64,000 nt of DNA, taken from an uncultured bacterium. GTDB taxonomy: Bacteria > Bipolaricaulota > Bipolaricaulia > UBA7950 > UBA9294. The DNA lies in NCBI GenBank assembly GCA_903857865.1, contig CAIOGO010000018.1:23588-87587 (forward strand). The letters are read 5' to 3'. Made by a program: the position numbers and the translations under genes. The number at the start of each line of letters is the position of its first letter. Position 1 is the stretch's first letter. Shown in pieces: positions 54,563-64,000 of this stretch. The notes below the pieces were generated by a model, which saw only the letters and a program-made list of their open reading frames with translations, ran no database searches and had not been told where the DNA came from.

Positions 54563-57157
54563 CTACGCGGGGACACGCACCGCCCGTCGTCGGCGGATGA
54601 GCTTGAGGAACTCGAAGGCGACGACCCACGCGACCCCGGCTCCGACGCTGAGGATGAGGTCGGGCGGGTCGAGTGGGGCGAAGTGGAAGAGCCCTCGGGC
54701 TACAGGGATGAGGAGCACGAGCGCCAGGAAGGCCACAGCGCCGCTCAGCACCCACCACACGGCTGCATTACGGATGCGCAACATCCGGAGGATCGAGCGG
54801 TTCCACGAACGGTTCGTCAGGATGATGAAGAGGAATGCGACAACCAGAGACGTGAACGTGAGCGCTCGCGCCGCGTCGGCCGAGTGACTGTGCCGGGCGA
54901 ACAGGAAGACGCCGAGACAGACGGCAAGCACGGTCAGACCCTGAAGGATCGCAAGGCCGAGCGTGGCGGTCGAGAAGAGGCGCTCGTTCGGATTGCGCGG
55001 CGGGCGCGTCATGACCCCGGCCTCGGCTTCCTCGGCTTCGAACACGAGCGTGCACGAGGGGTCGATGACGAGCTCGAGGAAGACGATGTGGACCGGTAGC
55101 AGTAGCAGCGGCCAGTCGCGGAAGAAGACGGGGATCATGGACAAACCGGCAATGGGCACATGCACGGCAAGAATGAAGGAGACGGCCTTCTTGATGTTGT
55201 CGAAGATGCGTCGACCGAGGCGGATCGCGGCCACGATCGACGAAAAGTCGTCGTCGAGCAGAACGAGAGAAGCGGCCTCGCGAGCCACGTCGGTCCCGAG
55301 CCCCCCCATCGCGATGCCGATGTGCGCGGACTTGAGCGCCGGGGCGTCGTTCACTCCGTCTCCAGTCATCGCGACGATCTCGCCGTTTGCCTTGAGTGCT
55401 TCCACGATGCGCAGCTTCTGCTCCGGAACAACCCGGGCGAACACCTGAACCTTCCCGATGCGCCCCGCGAGTTCCTCGTCCGTCATCGCCTCGAGTTCCG
55501 GGCCGCAGATGACGGCTTCGTGGTCCGCGAGTCCGGCCTGACGGGCAATGCTCAATGCGGTGGCCGAGTAGTCACCGGTGATCATGACGACTCGAATGCC
55601 GGCGGACTGGCACTCCGCCACGGCGGCAGGCACAGTGGGCCGCAGCGGATCCTCGAGAGCGACGAGGCCGACGTAGGTGAGTTCAAGTGCGGCGTGCTCG
55701 TCGGGCACGTCGTGGACCGCCATCTCCGCTCGCGCGACCCCCAGAACGCGGAGTCCCTTGGACGCGAGCGCGGCCACGTCACGCATCATCGACTCCCTGC
55801 GTTCCGGCGAAAGCCGGCACAGCTCGGCGATCGCCTCGGGAGCGCCCTTCGACGCGATCGCGACTCGGTCGCTTCCCTCGCTCCTCCACACGTTGGTCAT
55901 GGCGAGAAGCTTGGACGTCAGGGGGTACTCGCGCACGATCGTCCAGCCAGGCCGGAGATCACCGCCGCCGAGCGAACGAGCGCCCGCGGCGTGCAGGGCT
56001 CGCTCCATCGGATCGAACGCCTGCCGCTTGCAGGCGAGAACGGCGTTCTCGAGCAGAGTCCGAGACTCCTCCGGCAGGTTCGTCGTGCCCTCGCCCATCT
56101 CGACGGACTGCCCGGCGAGGCGGAGCTCCTTCAGTGTCATCTGGTTGAGGGTCAGGGTCCCCGTCTTGTCCACGCAGAGGACCGTCGCCGCCCCCAAGGT
56201 CTCGATGGCTGGCATTCGGCGCGTCAGCACTCGGCTTCGCGAGATTCGCCACGCGCCGAGAGCGAGAAACACCGTGAGCACGACGGGAAACTCTTCCGGC
56301 AGAGTGGCCATCGCCATTCCGATACCGGCTAGGAATCCCTGTTTCCAGTCCGCGATGGACCCTCCGCGCGTCAGCGCGTAGAGGACGACGACGAGCGCGC
56401 AGGCGACCAGGCCGACGATGGCGAAGGTGCGAACCAGCCGTCCTGTCTCCTTCTGCAGGAGTGTTGCCTCCGGCTGTACCTGCTGAAGGGCCTTGCCGAT
56501 CTTGCCTAGCTCGGTGCGTGCGCCGGTCGCCACAACTTCCGCGACGCCTTGCCCCGCGGTCACGAGGGTTCCAGAGTAGACGGACGAGAGATCGTCGCCG
56601 CCCGGACGCTCCAGCGCCTGCGCTTCGTTGGACGGGGTCTTTCGTACGGGCACGGACTCGCCGGTGAGCAGGGATTCGTCAACCGACAGGTGAATCGCCT
56701 GACGCAACAGGGCATCTGCGGGCACGCGATCCCCCTCGGAAAGGAAGATCAGGTCGCCGCGGGCCACTTCGATGCCGGGGATGCGTCGCTGGACGCCGTC
56801 GCGGAGGACGAGCGCGCGTGGACTGGACAGATCGCGCAGAGCATCGAGGGCATGCTCTGTGCGTCGCTCCTGAACGACCGTGATCCCCATGACCACGAAC
56901 ACGAAGCCGAGCAGCATGAGCGCGTCCGTGGCTTCGCCCATGAACAAGTACAGGCTGCCAGCGGCCACGAGCATGAGGAACATCGGCTCGCGCACGACCT
57001 CGAGGACGATCGCGAGGATGCCGCGTTTCTTTTCGGACGGAAGTTCGTTCAAGCCATCGCGTTCGAGTCGTGCGCGCGCTTCATTTTCCGTCAGCCCCTT
57101 GAGTTCGCCGAGTCCGAGAACCGGCCCGCTTCGATGGGAGTGCAATGCATCGTTCAT
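54563..57157 (-). CDS. P-type cation-transporting ATPase (P2/P3-type, Ca2+/Mg2+-ATPase-like)
   Basis: DKTGTLT phosphorylation site, TGES, MITGD, GDGVNDAPAL, 10 TM. 864 aa. Confidence 0.9.
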   Translation of the reverse strand: MNDALHSHRSGPVLGLGELKGLTENEARARLERDGLNELPSEKKRGILAIVLEVVREPMFLMLVAAGSLYLFMGEATDALMLLGFVFVVMGITVVQERRTEHALDALRDLSSPRALVLRDGVQRRIPGIEVARGDLIFLSEGDRVPADALLRQAIHLSVDESLLTGESVPVRKTPSNEAQALERPGGDDLSSVYSGTLVTAGQGVAEVVATGARTELGKIGKALQQVQPEATLLQKETGRLVRTFAIVGLVACALVVVLYALTRGGSIADWKQGFLAGIGMAMATLPEEFPVVLTVFLALGAWRISRSRVLTRRMPAIETLGAATVLCVDKTGTLTLNQMTLKELRLAGQSVEMGEGTTNLPEESRTLLENAVLACKRQAFDPMERALHAAGARSLGGGDLRPGWTIVREYPLTSKLLAMTNVWRSEGSDRVAIASKGAPEAIAELCRLSPERRESMMRDVAALASKGLRVLGVARAEMAVHDVPDEHAALELTYVGLVALEDPLRPTVPAAVAECQSAGIRVVMITGDYSATALSIARQAGLADHEAVICGPELEAMTDEELAGRIGKVQVFARVVPEQKLRIVEALKANGEIVAMTGDGVNDAPALKSAHIGIAMGGLGTDVAREAASLVLLDDDFSSIVAAIRLGRRIFDNIKKAVSFILAVHVPIAGLSMIPVFFRDWPLLLLPVHIVFLELVIDPSCTLVFEAEEAEAGVMTRPPRNPNERLFSTATLGLAILQGLTVLAVCLGVFLFARHSHSADAARALTFTSLVVAFLFIILTNRSWNRSILRMLRIRNAAVWWVLSGAVAFLALVLLIPVARGLFHFAPLDPPDLILSVGAGVAWVVAFEFLKLIRRRRAVRVPA

Positions 57158-57911
57158 GAGGGAATCCGTGCTCCATCCTGCGTGTGAGCCGTGCCTCCGT
57201 CGGAAACGTAGCCAAGGTGCCCGAAATCCGCTCCTCTCGTCTCGGCGACCTTTCGAGGCGACCGCCGAGGAGGGCGCAGGCTACCCGGGCGCCGCGGTGC
57301 ACCGTTCTCCCCACGACGCTTGCCTCGCCTCACAGCACTACCGTGCCAGGTCAGGGTCCTGACGTACACGGCACATCCACCCGTCGGCTCTGGCGTGCGG
57401 CAAGGATCGTACAAAGGTCTGGGCAGAAGTTCGAGGGGACGTGACGGTGCCGCGCTCAAGGGCCACAAGTGAACGGTTACGCAGGCGGGGTCTGGAAAGG
57501 CCAGGCGGAGAAGGGGTGCCCGCGCGGGCGGCTACGGACCCTCCCCTTCTCCTCAGGCCACTCTCCTACTCGTTATCCAGTGCGCGTGGCGTTCCCCCAT
57601 GGCTGCAGGGAGCGCCTCGTCCCACGAAGATTCAAGTTCGCTCGATCGGCTCTGCCTCGTGCACGCGGGCTTCGAAGCTCCGCTCCATCTCGTCGAGCTG
57701 CGATCGCCGTAACCCAGTGAGAGTCTGGCCGGCCATCGTCTCGGGGGCGTTTCCAGGATGTGGGGAAGATGTGAGGTTCGCCCCGGCCGCGGGCAGCCGG
57801 CCAGACTCTCGACTCTCTCGACGGTTCCGGGTCGGTCCCATCGGAGATACCATCACGGGACGCCGCGGCTCGGGGCCTCAAGCGGGAATGCCGGCCGGCC
57901 CAGGAGGTAGG

Positions 57912-59720
57912 ATGGCTCTTCTTGCTGTACGCGATCTGGAGAAGACGTACGCCTCGCACACACTGTTCGAGCGGCTCTCGTTCGCGTTTCACGCGGAGGA
58001 GCGCGTGGGACTCATCGGGCCCAACGGGGCGGGGAAGTCGACGCTCCTGCGCATTCTGGCGGGGCTGGAGTCGGCCGACGGCGGGTCGGTGGAGTGCGCC
58101 AAGGGCGCGCGCATCGCGTATCTCCCGCAGGCCGATGTCTTCCCGCCCGATGTCACGGTCGAGAGGGCTCTTCACTCTGCGCTGGCCGACCTTCCGATGG
58201 AGGACTACGAACGATCGGTGCGTGTGCGCAAGATGTCGCGCCGACTGGGGTTTGAAGATGGCACGGCGCTCGCCAGCCAGCTGTCCAGGGGCTGGAGGAA
58301 GCGCTTGGCCATTGGCTGTCAGCTTGTGCAGGAGCCCGACCTCCTCCTGATGGATGAGCCGACAAATCACCTTGACCTCGAAGGCATCGATTGGCTGGAA
58401 CGCTTCCTCGAACGGGAGAAGCCGGCGTTCGTTGTGACAAGCCACGACCGCTACTTCCTCGAGCGCGTTGCCGACCGTATCGTCGAGATCAACCCGCGCT
58501 ACCAAGGAGGCTTCTTCTCGAGCAAGGGCCGGTACAGCGACTTTCTCGAGAGGCGGGAGGCCTTCCTCGCGGCCGAAGACGAGGAGCGTCGCGCCCTGGC
58601 GAACGACGTGCGTCGCGAGATCGACTGGCTGCGCCGCGGCCCCTCGGCGCGTGGCACCAAGGCCTTTTCGCGGATCGACCAGGCGCAGGACAAGATCCAG
58701 AGGTTGTCCGAGGCCGAGCGCCGCAGCCGCGTTGAGGGTGGCCTTGAGATCGACTTCGCCGCGAGTGGCCGAAAGACGCATGACCTCATCACGGCAAGCA
58801 AGATCGAGAAGACGCTCGGCGGACGATGCCTGTTCCGGGAGCTCGACGTTCACCTGCGGCGCGGCGATCGCCTCGGCATCGTCGGCAACAACGCGAGCGG
58901 CAAGACAACCCTCCTTAAGACCCTGGCCGAGCTCATCGCTCCCGACGCGGGGCGCGTGAAGCACGCGACGGAGCTGCGCATGGCGTTGTTCGACCAACAA
59001 CGAGAGCAGCTCGACAAAGACGAGAGGCTGCGCCGCACCCTGTGCCCGAGCGGCAACACGGTTTCCTACCTTGGCCGCAAGACCCACATCGTCCCGTGGG
59101 CCAAGCGCTTTGGCTTCCGCGCCGACCAACTCGACACTCCCGTCGGCGAGCTGTCGGGCGGCGAACAGGCGCGAGTCCTAATGGCGCTCATGATCCGCGA
59201 GCCGGTCGACGTCCTGATGCTTGATGAGCCGACCAACGACCTCGATATTTCATCCATCGAGGTTCTCGAAGGCGCGCTCGAGGAGTTCCCCGGGGCTGTC
59301 GTGTTGATCACGCACGACCGTCACATGCTCGATCGGGTCTGCACGGATCTCGTTGGCCTGCACGGCGACGGGCGGTGGGGCAACTACGGCAGCGTTGCGC
59401 AGTGGCAGCTCGTAGATCAGGAGCGCCGGACGGAAGCGAGCACCGTCACGAAGGAACCTCCGAAGCGGGACCCCGCCGCTCGGCCCAGGAAGTCGGGGCT
59501 CACCTTCCTCGAGAAGAAGGAGTGGGACGAGATGGAGGTCAAGATCCTCGCCGCCGAGGACGAGGTGGCGTGTCTGCAAGCGGAACTCGACGATCCTATC
59601 GTGGCGACCGACCACGAGAAACTCCACGCTGCCTTTGAGGCCCACCGTGCCGCGCAGGCGATGTCAAGCGCGCTCTACGCGCGCTGGGAAGAACTCGAGC
59701 AGAAGAGGCTGGCGGAGTAG
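57912..59720 (+). CDS. ABC-F family ATPase (tandem ABC domains, no TM; EttA/Uup-like translation factor)
   Basis: Start re-called at MALLAVRDLEK with SD AGGAGG. Two Walker A sites (GPNGAGKST and GNNASGKTT), two signature motifs (LSRGWRKRLA and LSGGEQARV), an inter-domain linker and a C-terminal coiled coil. Confidence 0.9.
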   Translation: MALLAVRDLEKTYASHTLFERLSFAFHAEERVGLIGPNGAGKSTLLRILAGLESADGGSVECAKGARIAYLPQADVFPPDVTVERALHSALADLPMEDYERSVRVRKMSRRLGFEDGTALASQLSRGWRKRLAIGCQLVQEPDLLLMDEPTNHLDLEGIDWLERFLEREKPAFVVTSHDRYFLERVADRIVEINPRYQGGFFSSKGRYSDFLERREAFLAAEDEERRALANDVRREIDWLRRGPSARGTKAFSRIDQAQDKIQRLSEAERRSRVEGGLEIDFAASGRKTHDLITASKIEKTLGGRCLFRELDVHLRRGDRLGIVGNNASGKTTLLKTLAELIAPDAGRVKHATELRMALFDQQREQLDKDERLRRTLCPSGNTVSYLGRKTHIVPWAKRFGFRADQLDTPVGELSGGEQARVLMALMIREPVDVLMLDEPTNDLDISSIEVLEGALEEFPGAVVLITHDRHMLDRVCTDLVGLHGDGRWGNYGSVAQWQLVDQERRTEASTVTKEPPKRDPAARPRKSGLTFLEKKEWDEMEVKILAAEDEVACLQAELDDPIVATDHEKLHAAFEAHRAAQAMSSALYARWEELEQKRLAE

Positions 59721-59775
59721 CGCGCGCAGTGGCGCCTCGAGACATTCCGCTCGGCGGGCGCCACGAAACGTTCGC

Positions 59776-60448
59776 TCAGACGAGCGAGGCTTCGATGGCC
59801 GTTCGAAGCTCATGGAACGTCTCGAACACGCGGCAGCCGCAGGCGCGCAGCGTCTCCGGCGCCTGGTGCCCTTGGGCGACTAGGGCGACCGGAGTTTCCA
59901 ACGCGCGAGCCACTTCCGCGTCGTGGTCCATGTCCCCCCACGAACAAGGCTGCCACGTTGTGCAGCCCGTAGCGCTCCACCAGCTCGCGTCCGCGAACCA
60001 CCTTCGAGTCGGCCAGACGGTGATCGAGGCCGTAGACGGCGGCGAAGTAGTCGCCTATTCCGAGTCTCTCCACCGCGTCTCGAAGAGCGCCCTCCTCGAG
60101 GGCCGAGAGCACAAATTGCCTGCCGCCTGCGTCGTGGACGAGATCGAGGATGTCCTTCACTCCAACCTGCAACCCACACTTCGATAGCTCGGGCAAGTAG
60201 GCCTCGTGGAACTCGCCGGCCAGCCCCGCCATCGTCTCGCGCGACAGGTCCATGCCGAGCCTCCGATAGTAGTCGGCAAGCGGGAAGCCGAAGGCGCGGC
60301 GATAGACGTCGCGGGACGCCGGCGCGAGGCCGCGCCGGACGAGCATGGTGTTGATCGACCGCAGCGCCAGGTCCACGTCATCGACCAGGGTCCCGTTGAA
60401 GTCCCAGATGACGGCTCTCTCTCTCAGCCCCTCGCCGATCGCATTCAT
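59776..60448 (-). pseudogene. HAD-superfamily hydrolase (phosphoglycolate-phosphatase-like) with a +1 frameshift in a 6-nt poly-G tract (about 59934-59939)
   Basis: Start MNAIGEG with SD GGAGGTGAGGG. Motif I VIWDFNGTLVDD. After FVGG the called frame becomes Arg/Gly-rich junk, while the -1 frame gives a canonical HAD C-terminus (FVGDMDHDAEVARALETPVALVAQGH…ELRTAIEASLV*). Confidence 0.7.
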
Positions 60449-60762
60449 GGCCCTCACCTCCGTGGCATGGTCGCTCAGCGACCGTTGCGGCGCACGCGGA
60501 CGGCGCGCCGTGGTTAGTTGCGTGGAATGCGGGGAGGTGCGGGATAGAGAAGGAGGCGCTGGCCCTTGCCTCGCTCGCGCCGTGGACGCTGCACGAGTAG
60601 GGAGCGTGCTTGCCGACGGACTGCGACTGGTGTGAGACCGCCTACGCCATTGCAGCTCGCTGTCTCTCAGTGAGGAGGGTGCGCTCCAATCTGCCCAGCA
60701 CCTCACTCAAGGCTGGGCCGCCCGCCGAGCCTCCAGTGAGGAGATGGCTCCACCCCACGGGC

Positions 60763-61333
60763 TTACCGCGCTGTCTTCCCGTCCTCATCCTTCGTGATGG
60801 AGTCCATGCCCGGCTTCGTCTTCGTGAACAGGGTCTCGGCGACGTCCTTGAGCTTACGGATGGCCTGCTCGGAGAACATGCCTACGAGCCCGGAAACGGC
60901 GGCGAAGCCGATGGGATTCAAGGTGCCGGCCGAGGTGCCCTGGAGAAGCCCGCCGCGGAAGACGAGGTAGAAGAGGAACCCGAGGGCCCCGCCAACGAGC
61001 GGCAGGAGGAAGTAACATGGCGACCCAGCTCACGATGAGCTTACGGTGCCCGACATACCAGTAGAACGATCGCAGCGCGTGGACGAGGGCGCCGAGCACG
61101 CCGGCGAAGAAGACGAGCAGAAGCGTGGCCTGCTCGCTGCCCCTCGGAAACGGCCAGACGAGGAACGTCGGGCCCGGCGCTTCCGTTCCGGGAGCGCCGG
61201 CGTCGGGCCACAGGGCGACGATCGCGTACAAGGCGAGGCCGGCGAGGCCGACGAGGTAGATTCCGATGGGAAGCACCCACGGCCACGGGACACGGCTGGC
61301 TCCTCGCTCCGAGATCGATGCATCGGCATTCAT
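60763..61333 (-). pseudogene. 4-TM membrane protein interrupted by a 1-nt frameshift near 61017
   Basis: The called ORF 60854..61333 becomes Arg-rich after …VSWVAM. The adjacent frame continues as a coherent TM protein (YFLLPLVGGALGFLFYLVFRGGLLQGTSAGTLNPIGFAAVSGLVGMFSEQAIRKLKDVAETLF…) to a TAA at about 60763-60765. Confidence 0.55.
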
Positions 61334-61415
61334 GACATTTCCCCTCCTGTGCTCTCAGGTAACCACGTCGGATAGGAGACGAGTATAGGACTCACCGCGT
61401 GCGGCGCCAAGGGCC

Positions 61416-62417
61416 CTAGAAGCCGAGCCCGCGGTAGTGGGTCTCGATGGCCGCCGCAATCTTCACAGGGTCGAGGCCGACCTCATCGACCACCCGCTGG
61501 ATGGGGATCGGCTCGCCGAACGCGACGCGCACCGGGCGTCGGAACCGCAGCTTGCCCAGGCGCCGCGCGAGGGGGTTCCGCGACAGGAGTTGGAAGATCC
61601 CGGTGATGGAAGCGCCCGAGATGCTCCAGGGGACAAGGTAGGTCGCGTGCGGTCCCGGGTTCCGAGTCAACTCGGCGACAAGCACGCCGATCCCTGCTCG
61701 CCACGACTCCCGGTGGTTTCGTGGTTCGGGTGCGATAAGCAACCCCCCGCCGCGCCGGACTTGTTCGGCCGCCCGCCTCAGGGAGTCGCGATTGCGCTCC
61801 TTCGCCGCGTCTCGCTCCAATCCTCCCTCGGACTTCCACGCGATCCAACCCATGACGCGGGGAACGAGACCCTTCCTTCCAGCACGTTTCACCTTGACGG
61901 GCGCAGCAGCGTAGACGGGGAAAGAGCATGCTGCGATATTCGGACCCAACTTGGTGATGTAGCTTGCCGCAATCATCTTGAGGTCGGGCCGATTGATGGC
62001 TGCGGCGAGGAGCAGAGGGGTGAGGATCGAGCCATGCGTTCCGTAGACGATGATCGGCGCCGTACGGATCTCGACCTCGCCTCGGGCCGGCATCTCAGCC
62101 CGCCAGGGAATGGGCAGGCGCGCGAGCGTGACGCGCGACCCGCCGTGAACGCCGAGTTCACCGACCATGCGATCGAGGTCCCTGGTAATGGTCAGGAGCG
62201 GCGTGATCGGGAGGAAGAGGTTGAGAAGCCTGTACAACAGGCGGTAGCGCAGGCTCTTCTTGAGGGAGGCGAAATGAGCTTGGTGCAGAGCGTCGATGCC
62301 GCCCTGCCCGAACGAGTCGCTCAACTCACGCAAGACGCAACGAAGAGAACGCTGCCGCGTGGTTCGCTCCTCACCCGAGTTCCCACGGTCCAAGGACGCG
62401 GACAACCGGCCGCACAT
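61416..62417 (-). CDS. Hypothetical protein, tandem paralog A (lysophospholipid-acyltransferase-superfamily-like core; uncertain)
   Basis: 333 aa. About 60-65% identical to the gene at 62540..63517 across the full length. PEPR(N/E)…W…GIGV segment reminiscent of LPLAT motif III. Confidence 0.6.
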   Translation of the reverse strand: MCGRLSASLDRGNSGEERTTRQRSLRCVLRELSDSFGQGGIDALHQAHFASLKKSLRYRLLYRLLNLFLPITPLLTITRDLDRMVGELGVHGGSRVTLARLPIPWRAEMPARGEVEIRTAPIIVYGTHGSILTPLLLAAAINRPDLKMIAASYITKLGPNIAACSFPVYAAAPVKVKRAGRKGLVPRVMGWIAWKSEGGLERDAAKERNRDSLRRAAEQVRRGGGLLIAPEPRNHRESWRAGIGVLVAELTRNPGPHATYLVPWSISGASITGIFQLLSRNPLARRLGKLRFRRPVRVAFGEPIPIQRVVDEVGLDPVKIAAAIETHYRGLGF

Positions 62418-62539
62418 TTCTGCCCATTCTATGTAAGGAAGCCATCAGCTGCGAATCTCATCCGCCCTCGACCTGCGGCGTGCGGGAAGGGATCGCATTG
62501 GGCTGCGGCTTTTGGGGGCGACTCGGCGAGAGTTGTTCC

Positions 62540-63517
62540 CTAGAGACCTCGCACGCGGTAGTCGCGTTCGAGGTACTCGGTGACCTTGGCCGGGTTGTAG
62601 CCGACCTGTTCGACGATGCGGCGAACGGGTACGGGCTCGCCGAACGCGACGCGGATCGGTTGGCGAAAGCGCATCCGCCCGAGAGCTCTCATGAGCGGGT
62701 TTCGCGACAGGAGCTGGAACACCCCGGTGATGGAAGCGCCCGTGATGCTCCAAGGGACCACGTAGGCCGGGCGCGCACCGGGATCGTGAGCCAGGCTGAC
62801 GACGATGACGCCGATACCCTGGCGCCAGGGCCTCTTTCGCTCGCGCGGGTCGGGCGCGATGAGCAAGCCGCCACCACCGCGGACGTGCTCGACTGCCTGT
62901 ACGAGCGAGGCCCGGTTGCGCTCGCGCGCCTCCTCGCGATCGATGCTCCGCTCGGACTTCCACGCGATCCAGCCCAGCGCGCGCGGTGTGACGCCCTTGC
63001 GCCCCGCGCTCTTCATTTTGACCTGCGCGGCGGCGTACACGGGGAAAGAACATCGCTCGACGTTCGGACCGATCTTCGCGATGTGGCTTGCCGCCACCAT
63101 CTTGAGGTCCGACCGGTCGAGGGCGGCCGCGAGCAGGAGCGGCGTGAGGGCAGACCCGTGCTTGCCGTAGAAGACGACGGAGGCGGAGAGAATGTCCCGC
63201 TGCCCGTTCTCGGGCATCTCGGTCCGCCATGGAATCGGTGGGTGAGCCAGGACTTCTCGGGACGCAGCGGACCCGCCGAGCTCGCCGACGAGGCGATCGA
63301 GGTCCTTGGCGATCGCGAGGATCGGCGTCATGGGGATCATGAGGTTGAGGAGCCGGTAGAGAATCCGGTAGCGGGAGCTGCTCGCAAGCGAGGCTAAGTG
63401 GGCCGCGTGCAGCGCCTCGACGCCGCCTTGGTCAAACGCAGTCTGCAGGGACCCCAACGTGTCGCGGATGGTTCTTACCTTCGCGCGATTCCGGGTGTCA
63501 AGCGAGCGGTCCGACAT
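62540..63517 (-). CDS. Hypothetical protein, tandem paralog B of 61416..62417
   Basis: 325 aa. Collinear with paralog A (…FPVYAAAQVKMKSAGRKG…LLIAPDPRERKRPW…VPWSITGASITGVFQLLSRNPL…). Confidence 0.6.
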   Translation of the reverse strand: MSDRSLDTRNRAKVRTIRDTLGSLQTAFDQGGVEALHAAHLASLASSSRYRILYRLLNLMIPMTPILAIAKDLDRLVGELGGSAASREVLAHPPIPWRTEMPENGQRDILSASVVFYGKHGSALTPLLLAAALDRSDLKMVAASHIAKIGPNVERCSFPVYAAAQVKMKSAGRKGVTPRALGWIAWKSERSIDREEARERNRASLVQAVEHVRGGGGLLIAPDPRERKRPWRQGIGVIVVSLAHDPGARPAYVVPWSITGASITGVFQLLSRNPLMRALGRMRFRQPIRVAFGEPVPVRRIVEQVGYNPAKVTEYLERDYRVRGL

Positions 63518-63590
63518 GCCTACATTCTATGGATGCCGCTCCTCTCAGGGAAGACGACGCTCCTCGTGCAACGAACGGCTTCGCTGAAGC

Positions 63591-64000
63591 CTAGAGTCCG
63601 AGCGCCCCGAAGATCACCCAGGCGGCGCCGAGGGCAAGCGCGGTGTTGAAGACCGTGGCGGACAGGTAAACGGCCACCGGCCGCCAGCCCATGGCGCCCA
63701 ACTCCCTGACCGAGAGCTCGAGTCCGATCGAGAGGAAGGCGGCGGCGAACGCCCACTTCGACAACGCCTTGAGGACAGTAACGGCGTTCCCGCTCAAGAC
63801 GCCGGTCGACGCGAGGATCGATACGAGCACGAAGCCAAGGATGAACTTTGGGAATCGCTGCCAGATCACGATGGCGCTCGGCCGCTCGGACGGCTTGCGC
63901 TCGACCTTCACGACGAAGTACATGGCGAGGAGAAACGCGGCGACACCGATGAGCGCGTTCTGCGACATCTTGACGACCGACGCGACTTGCTGAGCCGTTT
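63591..64000 (-). CDS. C-terminal part of a polytopic membrane protein (YeiH/UPF0324-like putative exporter); the 5' end lies beyond the window
   Basis: Four hydrophobic helices. No stop upstream of the first Met as far as the window edge. Confidence 0.45.
   Translation of the reverse strand, partial: TAQQVASVVKMSQNALIGVAAFLLAMYFVVKVERKPSERPSAIVIWQRFPKFILGFVLVSILASTGVLSGNAVTVLKALSKWAFAAAFLSIGLELSVRELGAMGWRPVAVYLSATVFNTALALGAAWVIFGALGL

Overview
High-GC (~68-70%) bacterial chromosomal segment, probably from a diderm (an OmpW-like beta-barrel protein with a C-terminal aromatic residue is present). Gene density is high and the content is accessory-like, dominated by drug- and toxicant-handling functions. 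Left part (0-5 kb): a CAT-like acetyltransferase, an APH-family kinase and a MATE exporter, then a large membrane-anchored alpha/beta hydrolase and an M20 peptidase. 10.6-13.5 kb: a MacB-type ABC exporter operon with a secreted partner protein but no MacA-like adaptor. 13.9-18.8 kb: PKD and PPC repeat secreted proteins, a TrmH methyltransferase and a 2xDUF4389 membrane protein. 19.6-22.9 kb: RHH protein, secreted MBL hydrolase, a MazE/MazF pair packed against a sirtuin (SIR2)-like gene that carries an in-frame TGA. 23.3-27 kb: aquaporin Z flanked by an intact and a decayed copy of a muconolactone-isomerase-like gene, a nitroreductase with no recognisable start codon that sits in frame behind a TGA, and arsM preceded by a Cys-rich AbrB-type regulator with a palindromic operator. 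27-33 kb: MFS exporter, ada, a zeta-toxin-like kinase, YjjX, a PpiC-type isomerase. 33-39 kb: lipocalin, fabI, DEAD-box helicase, SPFH protein, and a natural AAC(3)::AAC(6')-I fusion translationally coupled to a DDAH/amidinotransferase-fold gene. 39-42 kb: a truncated, frameshifted DUF885 pseudogene beside an intact paralog. 43-57 kb: a second arsenic/thiol-redox island (ArsR, ArsP, thioredoxin-like, ArsF-like, CcdA/ArsG-like, PKD-TlpA, second ArsR, ACR3, DUF1573-rhodanese proteins), an AKR-ferredoxin fusion, AraC-GyrI regulator, VOC protein and a P-type ATPase. 57.9-64 kb: ABC-F ATPase, a HAD hydrolase and a membrane protein that are each frameshifted, and tandem paralogous LPLAT-like genes. 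Non-coding structure includes a conserved ~60 bp hairpin repeat present at two loci, related GC-rich flank motifs at three loci, REP-like palindromes and an intrinsic terminator. I found no rRNA, tRNA or convincing CRISPR array. Coordinates of re-called start codons are derived from the ORF track by codon arithmetic. Repeat and regulatory-site coordinates were read off by eye and may be off by 1-2 nt.
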